This document shows positions 25,011 to 39,772 of a stretch of 64,000 nucleotides of DNA, one piece after another. This stretch comes from Hormiphora californensis. Taxonomy: Eukaryota; Animalia; Ctenophora. Each line of letters opens with the position of its first letter. The first letter of the stretch is position 1. The notes beneath the pieces were generated by a model that searched no databases, was not told where the DNA came from, and was given only the letters and a program-made list of their open reading frames with translations. The position numbers and the translations under genes are program-made. Where the stretch lies: the NCBI GenBank assembly GCA_020137815.1, contig CM035357.1, forward strand, positions 4,030,001-4,094,000, written 5' to 3'.

Positions 25011-26024
25011 ATGTAATGTATTACCCCCTTTAAATAATTAATTAGGACTCTTTCTGTTTGGTGATGGGGATATTGTTATTTGTTATGAGTCACTAGCTAG
25101 TAGCTATAGATTATTTTGTCTAGCCACGTGACATGCCTTTTTTCCCTTTTTTTCGTGTCTTCTCCGCGTGACTTGCCTTGCCTGTTTTCTGTGCCCAGTG
25201 GGACTCCGAAATGACTTCTTTAATGGCCGATCGTGTAGAGTGGAGAAATCGTATACATGGAGCTCGGAAATACCACACGTGGAAGTAAAGTTAAAACTGT
25301 ACACGCTTTTTTAATCAATGCAATGTCTAGCAAAAGTTTAGTAAATGTAAATTCGATCTGTTAATTGCACTACTAATCCCTATGTCCATAATTTCCAAAT
25401 TTTGTGGGAATATAAGGGGTTTTTTTTGCGCCAGATATACCGCTCTGATGCTCGCCAGTGGCCGGTACAGTTTATCTTATATCTGACCTTGTCGTGTGTG
25501 CGGTGGTTATTATTAAACCTCGATACCCCAAGAAAGCTTGCAACGATCTAGGCTACAACGATCTAGGCTACAACGATATAGGCTACACGTGTGATATATC
25601 TAGGGTGCATATAATATTATTTATTATTACTAGTAGGCCCGTTCGCCCTACGGGCGAATTTCGGGGAAATGGTAGCTTGATTAGGGAGGGGGGGTCGTCA
25701 TGTTAATTTTGTTAATGTTTTGTTAATTAACAAACGACCCTCGGTGAAACATTAACAAAATTAACAAAATTAACAAAATTAACAAAAATCGCGTTTTAGA
25801 TGTTTTCAGTCGGTCTATAGCTGTTTTATGTGTTTTTAGGCGTGTTTAGGTGTTTCTATCATAAACTCACTATCTCCCATGGCAGATATTTCATAGCTAG
25901 GATAGTTGTTTGGATTTATCAAAGGTTTTGAGGTAAGAAAAGAGTCATTATAACAAAGGCGGGTATACGAGTAAAGAACACCAGTTTAATGTATAAACTG
26001 GTTTTTATGGGCCAAATATGGCTC

Positions 26025-27230
26025 ACCCTGATTTAGTGGCACCCCGATTTAGTGGCAGGGATTTTTCCCCCAAAAATTTTTTCCCCGCCCGGGTGAATGC
26101 CGAAGGCATTCACCCGGATGCCTTTTGCAAAAAGGCATAGGGGTTTAGAATTCGACAAGTTTACATACTAGTGAAGTGTCACGCTTTTTTTGTCCCGTGA
26201 CGTAACCCGATTAGTTGCGAGGGACAACGGTGTTGCTCCTTCATCAAATACTTCAATGGCACGTTTTCAGGAGATGTGAGCCGCGCAATGAGACGTGCAA
26301 TTTAGTGCTACTAAAACACAATGATTTGTTCTATACGGTTTGAGTGATTCATAAATGATCGGAAATGTCTATCCCGCCTTCACATTAGATGGTTATGAAA
26401 ATAAAGGTTGGCGGGGAAACATAGCATTATGAAACATAATGCAGTTATTCTTGTTTTGTGAAATTTTCTTGAAATTTTTTTAAAGGAATACCAGCCACGT
26501 CCGAATCGTGTTTCGAATCGGTGCATCTTATCGCGTGTCCTGCTGCTAATTAGACGGTTCGGAACGAACTGAAACGTGATCGCCATCGAATCGAAATGGG
26601 GGGGGGGGGGGTACAAACCCAAAAAAATCAAACTTTTTCCGAAACCCAGGGTATGGTTTTTTTTTGTCGTTTTTGATTGAAATTTCTTTGATTTTTTTGG
26701 TCGTTTTTGATTTTTTTGAACTTTTTTGGTCGTTTTTGATTTTTTTAAATTTTTTTGAATTTTTTTATCGTTTTTGATTTTTTTTAAATGTTCAAAAAAA
26801 TAAAAAACGATCAAATAAAATAAAAAAACGATTAAAAAATTTAAAAAAAATCAAAAACGATAAAAAAAATAAAAAAGATCAAAAAAGATCAAAAAAATAA
26901 AAAAAGATCAAAAAAAATTTAAAAAATCAAAAACGACCAAAAAATCAACAATTTTGAAAATCCAGGGTATGGTTGCTTTTTTTTGGGTTGCACCCCCCCT
27001 CCCCCCATTTTGACGCTTGGTAAACATTTGATTTAATGGCCCCATGGGGATCACTTATCGGTTCGTTCCGAACTGTCCAATTAGCACCAGGACATGCGAT
27101 AAGATGCATCGATTCGAAACACGATTCGGACGATTTTCACAAAAAAAATCAAAAAAATTTTTGGGGAAAAAATCCTGCCACTAAATCGGGGTGCCACTAA
27201 ATCGGGGGCCACTTAATCAGGGTCCGACTG
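26025..27230. mobile_element. Tc1/mariner-like foldback MITE (GATTTAGTGGC subfamily), left terminus truncated
   Basis: Right end ggtccgactg|TA. Mirrored arms at 26500-26660 and 26960-27135. Confidence 0.65.
26077..26455 (+). mobile_element. Helentron-associated non-autonomous element (HINE-like)
   Basis: T-rich insertion site, subTIR ttccccgcc / ggcggggaa, 5' hairpin gggtgaatgccgaaggcattcaccc, 3' hairpin gcattatgaaacataatgc. Confidence 0.65.
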
Positions 27231-28398
27231 TATATCAGTGTTGATTGGATGGGTAGTACGTATAATATTGTCAAAAATAACGCAAATGATCTATTAAAGC
27301 GGGATTAAAAGCTTCAAAAAGACTTAAAAAAGCTTCTTTTTTTGTTAATAATGTTAATAATGTTAATAATGTTAATAATGTTTAATGTTTAACATTTAAA
27401 AAATTTTCATGAAACATTAACATTAACATGACGCCCCCCCCCTTTGGGGAAACGTTTGGACACACCGCACCATCCGTTCCTAGCCAAATCTCTCACTTTT
27501 TTCCTTTTTTCAGGGGGTTTTTTGTACGCTCGGGGTTCCTAAACAATGTAAAGGTCCCGAATTAAGAATCGATTCTCGAGGGGGCAGTGCTTTTTTCCAG
27601 AAACTCATCCCGTAAAAAACTTGCCCCCTTATTTAGCCGATTGGGAAAGTTTTTTTTAATATTCGACTGGGGGAAAAATCCCCTTGGGGAGGGGTTTGGG
27701 CAAAGGATTTACCGTAAAGCTATCCTCAGTGGTTTTTTTGGCTTTGCTTGAACACGTTGGCGTAAACGTTTATTTCCCCTAGCCTGCTCTCTACAGTCAG
27801 CAGATCTTTCCCGGAAACCCTTTTAAACCGTTGTCGAATTTGCGCTTTGGGGGGGAAGAGCTAGACACCCGGTTCGGAAAAGAATAAAAAGAATTTTCAC
27901 TTTTTCGAAAATTTAATTTCCCCCCTTGGGACCCCAGTTTTGGAAACCGGGGGAGAAACTCCCAGGGGCCCCTTTTAATAATTGCACGTCAAGACTTGTC
28001 CCTTTGGTTTGTTTTTCTAGGTGTCCCCCGTTACACAATTTGCTTAGTAAGTAGTATGATTACAAAAGGTATAAGTTTGACGGGAGATTATTCAGCGAAA
28101 AGTCCAATCAAGAAGACATATATTATGCAGAATTTTAGGATAGCCACTATTTATTAGATGTAGTTGTATGTATCATGGGGGGGGTGGGGGGCCTCTCTTG
28201 GGCCCCCTGCCCGAAAACGAACCCGGGGCATGGCGGCTGTCCTTTCCCTTTTCTCTCTCGCCTCTCCCCTTCTCCCCCTCTCTCTTTCAATCGCTCTATC
28301 ACTCATCCCCCTCCCCCTCCCTCTCTCTCTCTCAGGTGCCAAGTGATCCTAACGTCTCCAGAACCTTTTTCGTCCTCCATTACACAGCTAATGTAATA

Positions 28399-29038
28399 CA
28401 GTCGGACCCCGATTTACCGGAACCCCGATTTACCGGGAGGATAAACTTCCCCCGAACTATTTTGGCCCATTTTCAGATTTTCGAATTTTCTAATTAGCCA
28501 TGTCATGTGATCTCTATCGAATCGTGAATGGATATGTGTCGACTATTTGGGGTGATAGGGGTGGGGGATCACATAGCATTGTCCTACGAGCCCATAGTAA
28601 CGGTACATGACCTTTTACAACTAATCGAGTGATTGGGAAAAGTGGTAGAAAATCACACAGGCCCGAATCATCGAGTATACTGTAGCCTGTAGAGATCGCG
28701 ATACGTGATCTCTAAGTCTAATGAGGTCACAGTATCGATATACGTCTTGCATTTGAATTGACGATACGTGATTCCTCACCGCTACACACACTTAATTTAA
28801 CCGATTAATAGTCAGACGGGTTTAATGAATTGTTGTTTGAAACTCATTCAAAGCATCGTGTTGCTACTAAAAAAAATTAATATGCTAAAAAAAGCTTAGT
28901 GTGTCGTTAAAACTGCTTATGGGTGTAAAAATTAGCTCTATAGAGGGTCAAAAATGCACCACCCCCATATACCGGACACCCCGATTTACCGGGCAAAATG
29001 GCTTCCCCCGAGGATCCCGGTAAATCGGGGTCCAACTG
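28399..29038. mobile_element. Tc1/mariner-type MITE (CAGTCGGACCC family), 640 bp
   Basis: TIR cagtcggaccccgatttaccgg / ccggtaaatcggggtccaactg, TA on both sides. Confidence 0.8.
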
Positions 29039-30249
29039 TATTCCATGAAAAATAGAGAGGAAAAAATTTCTAAAATCTCAATGAATTCTATGTTAAGTAG
29101 AAGAAACGAACAAGAACAAACATGGACATTTAGAATTATGTTGAAATAAGGGAGCGAAACGACATCCTGAATATATTAAATTGTATAAATTATAACATCT
29201 AGAAGAACTAGATAACGAGACCTAACTCGCGGGGAGGGAAGGCTACACACTGGAAAGAGCACACCACAGAGGGAGGACCAAGAAATGGCCGGCAAGTACG
29301 CATAATATGCAACGTTCTAGCATGTTCTGTGGAACTGAAAATTATGCGACCGTTGAATATGAAGTGAAGGAATAATGCGAACCCGCGCGCCCCATCTCAA
29401 TGTCTCCCGTGATTTATTTGCCGCGCGTTCCAGTCGGTCAGCTCTGGTTCTCGCACATGGTTCACACGTCACATTCTCGCGGGCGATAGGGCGCCCTGCT
29501 TGTAGTACTGTGGGTACTGTTATACCCAATAGGAGGATATACAGTGATTCAAAGAGAGAGAGAGTTTTAAATGGAGGTGCTACATACACAGGAGCTAGAC
29601 ACACTACTGATGATAAGAAAGAAATATAACTTAGTGTGGGTTGGTAACGAAATAATCCTCAGATAGGTTATTTTGTTACAAACCGTTTGTGGGTGGGTCC
29701 ACTACAATATGGTTGCTAGAACTCTCTTAATATCATTTCTTATCTCTGATACAAGTTCACGGAAACTATGGAAACAGAGCAAGAAGCCCGATTACTCGGA
29801 CTTTTCCGGGTTCTATTATTCGGGCTATCCAGGCTTGGATTGTGCTTGGAGAGCCATAAATTTCGAAAAAAAAGTACACAAACGGTACAGCACAATATGA
29901 CTAGGGGATAATTAGAAGGAAGGAGAAACTATTAACTGAAAAAAATTAAATTAAAAAGTCGTAAATATATATGTTCAGAAGGAACAACTGAAAGTACACG
30001 ATGAAAAGAGAGATGGGAAGGCAGACGAAATAAAAGGATGAAAGAGAGAAGGGACCGACATTTACGACAATGATGTGGCAGTACCACTCAAGAACATCTC
30101 TCTCCCTATTTTCATTTCTCAATTCTCCCTATCTTTATCCCTATCTCTCTCTCTATGTCTCTCTCCCTTTATCCTACCGGCTCACTCGCATATTCAACCC
30201 CCACACCTGGCGCTATGTAATCGCATAATGTACACACAGAGATCATCTT

Positions 30250-30285
<36 letters not shown>

Positions 30286-30390
30286 ACCCTCTCTTTCCCT
30301 CTCTCTATTCACAACTCCGATAGGTTCATGGCAAATCACGTGACTCACGTATGGAACGGATGTGAGAGAGAAAGAAGAGATGGTATGAAA

Positions 30391-30468
<78 letters not shown>

Positions 30469-30471
30469 TAT

Positions 30472-30596
<125 letters not shown>

Positions 30597-31813
30597 GAGA
30601 GAGAGAGAGAGAAATTAAGAATAAGGTTAGAGAATAGAAATATGAAGAAGGGGAGTGAGTATCCTAGTGACTTGGTGAATGAACTCACTAGGATCTCACT
30701 GGCCGGGTCGTGGGTAACCTACCCAGACTTCTTGACGGCCATTTCTATAAAATATAAAGTAGGTGGAATAGACTTGGAACGTGCAACAGAGTGAGATCAG
30801 TTGGTTGGGTGTTAGTTTGAGAAGTAATAATATTAGTTAATGTTACTTTATGCGGAGCACAGTGTCAGGCGACTCAAGTGCAATGGTTGTCTGAGAGAGT
30901 GAGATCAGTTAATAGTCTGAGATAACTGGTCGAATCGCAACTGGAGGTTTGGGAAGTTATAATGTTACATGATACTCACTATGAACTTTAACTGTAGTCA
31001 TTGCTATATCAGAACACAATTAGCAAGTAAATCTAGCAAGAGTTACATGTAATAACGGCAATGGGCGAGCGAAAAGTAATGGGAAATAGGGGAGAGGTGG
31101 GGTGGGAGAGGGGAATGAAGTGGTGAGAGTGAGGAAAAGAGGGGAGGAATAAATGAGATGGAAAATGGTTAAATGGAGGAAATAAGATGGAAACATAAAG
31201 AGAGCTGAATGAAATAGCAATGATAACTGAGAGAATGACCCAAAGCGGGGTGTTCAACTCTGTTTCAAACTTTCATACCACGTTCAATTGAACACTTCAC
31301 ACTTCTAAACACAAATTTGCAAAGGGTTTACAGAGGCTGTTTGGCAGACCATAGTAAGATCTTGACACTATTAACAGCTATTACATAGTTGACACCGTTA
31401 TAATAATAGGGCATTATATGTGTGAAAGACTCATATATAGTAACATGCATACGCCAAAAAATGTAACTCTATAATATATATTCTATAAAAGGGTAATATA
31501 ATATGAGTACTACTCAAATAATATGAGTACTACTCAAATGGCTGACTATGCAGTGAATATTATTTATCAGTATTAGAATGTGTGCCCTTTAGAGGTCTGC
31601 CCGCCCTAATGGTTAGTTAGAAGCCAGACAAAATTATGCACCGGGACCGATCATGAAAACGGCATCCAGCCAAAGAAGAGATCTCCAAACTTCACGTGAC
31701 TGACTACTGAGCTAGAATACCATGGAAATTAATGATTTCAGAGTCTTACACAACTGATAAGAAATTAACAGGCTGGAAAAAGTAAAATTAATGTGCTAAA
31801 AAGGAAAGATAAG

Positions 31814-31881
<68 letters not shown>

Positions 31882-33260
31882 TAGAGAGGGAGAGAGAGTG
31901 AGAGAGAGATAGAGAGATGGAGAGAGCTCTAGTGTGTGTGTATAAACTGGCACAAAACAATTATCAAGCCAACAGCTAAGAGAGATAGAAGACACTCCGT
32001 AGGCGGGAGCAAAACGGTGGCTAAAACAATTACCACAAATCAAAATCAAAACCAATAAGTCGAGACAACTAATCGCAACTTCTCCGTGCCCCTGGTACCA
32101 CCGGGACTGAACACAGAACACTCAGCCCCGGGGCACGGAAAAAATTTCGGGAAAAAGTCGAGATAGAAGGGGTAGCAGAAAAAATGGAACTGAACATCTC
32201 CGGTGATACACTTATAACAAGAGATACAGAATGAATTAAATACTGTCAGCTAGGCAAGTCATTCGAAGAGTCCCGTTTTACTACGCGTGACAATACCAAG
32301 CCCAAGCGAGATAAAAGAATTTAAGTTAAATCGTTAAATGGGCTATTAAAGAAAGAGAAAGAGAGGGGGAGAGAGATAGAGGGAACTGACAGGATAAATT
32401 GAGAACTAACTGAGTTGAGCAATGAGCAACTGATTTATATGTTAGCTCAAGCTAATCTAAAATCATTGCCCACCCACTCTGTTGTTCACTCAAGTGGTCC
32501 TATCGATGGTCTCCTTTGTCATAACATAATCATCCTTTAGCTATAATACCTGAACATTAACTTGTTAGACATTTGCTGTAAAGACAACTTACAAATCAAT
32601 AGAGGTCATTAAAAATGAGTAAAATGAGTAATATTCACTAAACACATAGATCCGTTCATGTATTATATATGAACGCCGAACAGATCGGTGTGTTCAGTGT
32701 TCAGCCTCTTTTGCACTCTTGGGGGGCAACTGCACGCCCCCGCATTCATCTCAATTTACCCTTCCCTCGCGAGGGAAGGTCTCAGCAGCACTGTAAATAA
32801 CACACTACAATGCATCAATGCACATAATCTAAAATATATATAATTTCATGTGGTATCATAAAACTTTGTCTTTGACACTTTTTTATGTGTGATAGGGGTT
32901 GAGATAAGTCAATAAATAGGGGGTAAGCAGAGGCCAGAGTTGTTACTCATTCAACACATCAAATTGAAGGAACCCTAATGCTCACCAACACGCAGACTAC
33001 TTCGATTGCATTTCTAAATTATAATAGAGATAATAAAATATTAATTACTAAATTAATTAATTTATATATTAAAGTTGTTGATATCTAAATGCCACGTAAC
33101 CTCTCCATGAAGTGACCATATGGTGGCTGTATACTTATGAGAAAACAGGTTGACCACATATTGCAGCAAAGCGCAAATGCGAAGGAGGGATGAAAAAGAA
33201 GGGAACAAAGAAAAATGAGAGAGGGAGAGAGAGAGAGGTAGTGAAAGAGGGAAAGATAGC

Positions 33261-33335
<75 letters not shown>

Positions 33336-33454
33336 CATCCTAATGCGGCTGTAGCAACAGACGTACACACGCCCCACACGGACCAGGAAACGACACATAT
33401 ATATGCAAACATGTGGGAGAGACGTCTATGGTAGTGGGGTGATAGAGAGAGGGG

Positions 33455-33543
<89 letters not shown>

Positions 33544-33899
33544 AGATAGATGGCCAGGAGAGAAAGGAGATGGATATAGCTAGGAAGGGAGGCCAGGGAA
33601 ATAGTGAGAGAAAATATGCCGTTGGAACTCCACTAAAAAGAGACACCAAAAACTCAAATCGTGGAATATATTATGAGTGGTAAACGTACTAGTAGTTTGA
33701 ACGGAAAGCAGAAAATTCCTTCGTTGTTTTTAAACTCTTCTACCACAATAAATGAAGCAGAGGAAGAGGAAGAGAGTGGTCCTTTTAAAAAGTGAAGAAG
33801 ACAGAAAGACCTTAATAGGAATGCATATGAATAGAAGATTTTCATAAAAAGAGTAGCTTCAAGAGAATGGGATAAATACCGTCAAAAATTAACGTTATT

Positions 33900-34660
<761 letters not shown>

Positions 34661-35120
34661 AGATAGGCTCAAAATGGAAACACATAATATGCTAAGTGTG
34701 GCAAGCAAGTGCAGTACACGTAGCTTATAGCAGTGCTGATCTAACATCCACCGGACAAACAGACTGAAGAACAGACAGACAGACTGAATTACAGACAGCT
34801 CTGTCGTGTGGCAACGGAACAAATTTTTACTGCATGTAGGGTAAAATGGACACGTGTAAAAATATATGACTGAGAAGAAGGATCGTTTGATTGTTTTTAG
34901 CGGCTAAAAATAATCAGCAGATCCTTTACTGATACATGTAGTTTACCGATACATGTAGTAAAAATATATTCCATTGTCAAACAATAGCTGTCTGTAATTC
35001 GGTCTGTAAACCGCTGTAAATTAAACTTAGCCGCATGGTCAAATAATGGAAGTTTAGATTTCTTCCTCTGGCTGGAAAAGAGGAGTAGACGGGTTATATT
35101 GAAGTTAATGAAGATCAGTC

Positions 35121-36085
35121 TACGTGTCAGGCCCGGTAATGGGTTTTTTGACTTGCATAGTGTCCCATATATATGATATCATTACTTGCACGTGTGGACC
35201 CGTCTTCTCATTTTGTCAAACCGGAAGGAGAAGACTAAACTTTTTTTCTTTTTTTTGGGTCACTTAGCCACACGCTGAGCAAGCCTCATACCACCCGGGT
35301 ATGGGTAACTATGGCGCTAAGCTCCCCCCTTTCTCGATTTTGATAAAATGGGGGGAACCTATGGCATCAGTCATAAAGTCTGTCGAGTTGGGATTGTTCT
35401 GGAACAAGGTAACGTTTTGCCTTTGAGAGAGTCTTGAGTGTGGTTTAGTCTGGAACAAGGTAACATTTTGCCTTTGAGAGTGTCTTGAGCCTAGTTTGTT
35501 CTGGAACAAGGTAACGTTTTGCCTTTGAGGGTGTCTTGAGTTTAGTTTGTTCTGGAACAAGGTAACATTTTGCCTTTGAGAGTGTCTTGAGCCTAGTTTG
35601 TTCTGGAACAAGGTAACGTTTTGCCTTTGAGGGTGTCTTGAGTTTAGTTTGGTCTGGAAGAAGGTAACATTTTGCCTCTGCGTGTAACTTGGAGTTGGTC
35701 TGGATCGAGGTAACGTTTTGCCTTTGCGAGTAGGGTATGTTGGTCTTGGGGGGGTAATATTGGACATAAATGTAGCTGTAATTTAGTAATGAGACCAGGC
35801 CAAGCCCGAGAGACAGTTCAGTGGTAACTGGGAGGTCATATGTGTTGGAAATGAGAACTATAGACAGATTTGAGCTGCAAACCGGAAGGAGAAGACTAAA
35901 CTTCCTCGTTAGCCATTGTATGCTTTTACATACTTCAGAATAAGTTAAAAATCTTTAAATGAGAACAATTACGATGGTCATACAACAACCACATAGGTCC
36001 ATGTGCATACATGTGGATATTATAGGACACTATGCATATTTTATACACTGGTATGCAAGGGACTCAGTACCGGGCCAGACACGTG
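35121..36085. mobile_element. TIR element (probable CAC...GTG ends) with an internal ~60-bp tandem array
   Basis: acgtgtcaggcccggta ... taccgggccagacacgtg. Repeats tctggaacaaggtaac.ttttgcctttgag at 35397-35730. No TSD seen. Confidence 0.6.
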
Positions 36086-37419
36086 ATGAATCTAATAAGT
36101 AAAGACTAAAGATGAATGGACGTGAGAGGATTGGTCCCTTCATATTTTATGGTACCTAACAAACTATTCTCTACTTTTCAAATGATTGGGTCTCTGACTG
36201 GCATCTGCTAACTTTTTCCAGTGTTGCGCTAAGTAGCTGCTAAGTAGCTGCTGGCCCAAGTATTCCCCCGAGCTCATTTTGGTACAAGCTTCTTTCCTGA
36301 CGAGACGTAGATTTAGAAATCAACAGCCCGTCTAGAAAAATCGTCAAAGTAAACGAATTTGTACTAGGTAAATAAGTTGATGGGGAGGTTAAGTTTCTCC
36401 TTCCGTCTTACAAGATGATAAGGCATGTTTTGTTGTAGCAGAACGCAATAACGCATCCTGATATATGCTGATACCCCGCATTAGACTAATTAGGAGCTCA
36501 TTCCCGGATCCCCGGTTGTGATATTTTTACTGCATAACTCCCTGGCCTCTTTCTCACATCCTACTCTCTCTCACTCTCTCTGTCTATCTCTATCTCTCTG
36601 TCTCTCTCCCTTCTCCCGGAGAAGAAACCGGAAGGTCCATCACGAAAGAGAGCTCAGTGCAGTGTGTGTGAGCCAACGTGTAGCATACCGAGAGATGTGG
36701 CACAAAATTTATACGAAAGTTCCGGCACTTTTGCTGACATATTATATGAGAAATAGACTAATATTCCGGGATAGTCATCGGACTGATGTTAAAAATCGAA
36801 AGTAATGCGGAAGTAGCCGACTAATTTGAGCCAACATCATCATATGGAACAATGTGGAACAAAATTAGTAGAAGGAGTTCCGGGGGCTGAATAATATTAT
36901 AACCTACACCGATTCGAGTCAGCATTGCATGAATCGTGATGTTGATTTAGCGATATAGAGTAAACACTAGCCAGCAATTTCTAACTGAGGCTGATGCACA
37001 TCGATGCACATTGTGACCGGTATTCATATCATGTGGGGCAATAAAAATCTCATGATCCCCAATTAGCGGCAGTGATACATGATTAATCTCCACGTTCAGC
37101 ATCCCCTATAATCATACTAGGCCCGATAGGCCCTATGTTGCATAGGCTATGCATTGCCTAAAAGCTAAACTCTAAAATCGGAATTTTTTGAAGTTGTCGT
37201 TCCCCCCTTCATGCACAATTAACATGGTAACGTGTGGGGTGTGTAGCGAAAATGTATTCACATGTACGTGAGTTTGCAGTGACAATCAGAGTTAAAAAAA
37301 TTGGGAAACTGGAAGAAAGTTGTTTTTGAGCAACCTTGGAAAATGGAAATGTTCAGGTCGAGCACATCGTGACCAGTTTTTAATTTTTACATGGTGCGAA
37401 AGAGCTGGAGCGCCATTTA

Positions 37420-37676
37420 ATAGGGATCCCTAAAAAAGTTCAGTATTTACACAGCGTTTACACAGTCTTTACACAGTCGTTACACCCAAGAAAATATTGG
37501 ATTGTGTGCTGCAGTCTGCACAATTGAGAGAACTGAGCGCCGTGGCGAAAAAAAGTTTCCATAAACGCTGCAAATCGAGTGCGAAAGACGCAGTCGTTAC
37601 ACCCAGAGCGGCGCGGGCGCTCTGGGTGTAACGACTGTGTAAAGACTGTGTACTGAACATTTTTAAGGATCCCTAT
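37420..37676. mobile_element. Palindromic MITE
   Basis: atagggatcc ... ggatccctat, with mirrored tacacagtc subrepeats. Confidence 0.65.
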
Positions 37677-37792
37677 GGCGCTTGGCGGCCATTACAATCT
37701 GCCAAAAAAAACGGCAGGTCTATCCCCCGCTTTAGTCTGGTTGGATACGTGATCCCTTGCAGCCTTTTATTGCAGCCTTTTATTGCAGCCTG

Positions 37793-39020
37793 TTATTATT
37801 ATTATTAAATCTGTTTACAACTTGACACTGTCAATATTGTCCTCCTATTTGCGAGGAAAATGGAACTCTCTAGGTCTCTTTCACACTCTCTCAGCTGACA
37901 GATCATACAAACAAAATATAAAATGTCGATTAAAATACTGATTAGATAATGATTGTGATTAAAATATATTGTAAATTGATTAAATAAGTTAGTTAAAAAT
38001 TCACTCCATGGAGTGCGATTCGTACATAGTCTGTACGTCTCGTGTTGGTCAGTTATACATTTACAATTGATTAGAATTTAAACCCATTACACAAGCAGTT
38101 CATCTCCAAATAAGGATTGTTCTATCACAGCTCTAACTAGCTTTCTAAAGTTCGATTTTACCTGTTTGTCTTTGGAGAAAATTAGTGGAAGATGGAAGTT
38201 CATTTCATAGGAAGATATCACCCTTAGTTCCTCACGGAGCCCTTCCACATCTTTTATCGCAGAACATTCAAACAACTTGTGGAATGTTGAATCTGGGAGT
38301 TGGCCACATTCAAGACAATTGGGAACTGTAAGTGATCGCTCGTATCTCAGAAAAACGTAAGGATCTGCCGTGTACAAAGTCTAAGACCTGAGATGAGTTC
38401 TGTCGGGACATGTTTCTTGGAACTATGGGGAAATCCAAAATGGCCTCTGAGTTGATAAGGCTGGCGAGTTCTTCTTGAGAGCGAATAGGAAGTATGCTGA
38501 AAGGGTCATCTCGAGTCAAATGGTTAATCGATGATTTGAGTGACCGGTCCCATAAACTACATGTGTACTGTCTCATTTCCTCTTTTGAGTACAGGAAAGT
38601 GTCCGGCTCTAAACTTCCCAAGTTAATAGCTCTGATTGAATCTCTGTTAGAATCCTGGATCTGGACACCGTCTAGTTGATTCGACTTCCAAACCAAATAT
38701 CTTTTGGTAGCAGCAATCTGCCAGAAGAACACATGTTTTTGTTCGGCTTCAATTTGTAGTAGTTTAGCTGATATATTATCTTTAGCTGCAAGGCCTTTTA
38801 GGACAAATTTGGTTACCACTGTTTCCACAAGAACGTCAATAGGAGGTACGCATGCTAGGAGTTCTGACAGAGGTTTGGCTATGTGAACTTGTCCCCCTGT
38901 TATCTTCAGCCGTGCTCGGGAAAGAAGATCTCCGAAGAAGTCTGTTCGCTGTCTTCGCCAAACTGGTGCTGCATAAAGGATCTTTGTCAAGATTACTGTT
39001 CTGAATAGTAGAGAAAGCCC
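37793..39020 (-). mobile_element. 5'-truncated non-LTR retrotransposon (LINE), same family as 47146-49640
   Basis: ORFs 38310-39035 and 38087-38377 are nearly identical to the C-terminal part of 47420-49348. (TAA)n tail at 37793-37806. Confidence 0.9.
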
Positions 39021-39065
39021 TTTTATTGCAGCCATTTATTGCAGCCTTTTTCTGCAGCCTTTTAT

Positions 39066-39497
39066 ATTCGTATATCAACCACGAGAAAGAGAAGAAAAAG
39101 AAATATGTTCACCGAGTAACAGAGATCGAGAAAGCGTCGTTCTCGCCGCTAGTGATGTCCATAACAGGAGGTTTCGGCACTGAATTCAAAATGTTCCTGA
39201 AACAACTCGCCACAAAGAAGACCCAGAAGACCGGCCACTCTTATGAGGAATGTATCAGGCACCTGCGGACTCGGCTGTCATTCTCTATGGGGAGGTCAAT
39301 TACCTGTTCTATTCGAGGATACCGAGGAAGGAGTAGGCGTGATCTGCCTACAACGGACCTCAATCATATTATATATTAGCTTTATACTGTCACATTTATC
39401 ATGCTCGTTTCTGTGTAGCCAGATGGCTAGCTCTCTGTTTTTATAGAAATGAATTTGTTAGGCCGGATGCATGTGGCCTCTTTTATTATTATTATTT
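39066..39497 (+). mobile_element. 3' fragment of a CRE-like (restriction-like endonuclease) non-LTR retrotransposon
   Basis: HEKEKKKKY..RV.EIEKASFSPLVMSITGGFG...LRTRLSFSMGRSITCSIRGYRG resembles the C-terminus of animal CRE-clade ORFs. (TTA)n tail near 39483-39495. Confidence 0.7.
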
Positions 39498-39529
39498 CCT
39501 TCTTTGTACTATATTGCGGCCTTTTATTA

Positions 39530-39772
39530 GGGGAAACTCTAACTGAATGCACGCGTCCCATCACTGGTAAAACTCTAATTGGATGGAAGGAATGATGGAC
39601 AGAACGCGCGACCATGTTCGTGTGTTTGTCATCGCGCACTACGTAAAAGCCTTTTTTTGGCAAAATTTGTGGCAAATCCTGGCCCGCCCAGAGTGATGGC
39701 TCCCATTATCAGTGAGAGTTTTCCATTTGATGGGCTGCCGTTACTGCGCGTGCATTCAGTTAGAGTTTCCCC
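39530..39772. mobile_element. PIF/Harbinger-type (Tourist-like) MITE
   Basis: TIR ggggaaactctaactgaatgcacgcg and a 3-bp TTA TSD on both sides. Confidence 0.85.

Larger units (their letters stand above)
25688..27442. mobile_element. Oligo-G / oligo-C-ended TIR element with GTTAAT subrepeats, inside the Helitron
   Basis: gggggggtcgtcatgttaat ... attaacatgacgccccccccc. Confidence 0.65.
25630..28158 (-). mobile_element. Non-autonomous Helitron carrying nested insertions
   Basis: Minus strand: 5' A|TCTAATAAATAG at 28158, and 3' hairpin gcccgtagggcgaacgggc followed by CTAG|T at 25630. Confidence 0.7.

Noticed and set aside
30723-30744. Possible upstream micro-exon of the minus-strand gene (ag|aaatggccgtcaagaagtctgg|gt)
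   Set aside because: Too short to support, and its ATG frame does not match the next exon.
35309-35767. 152-aa repeat ORF
   Set aside because: Product of a 60-bp tandem array inside a TIR element.
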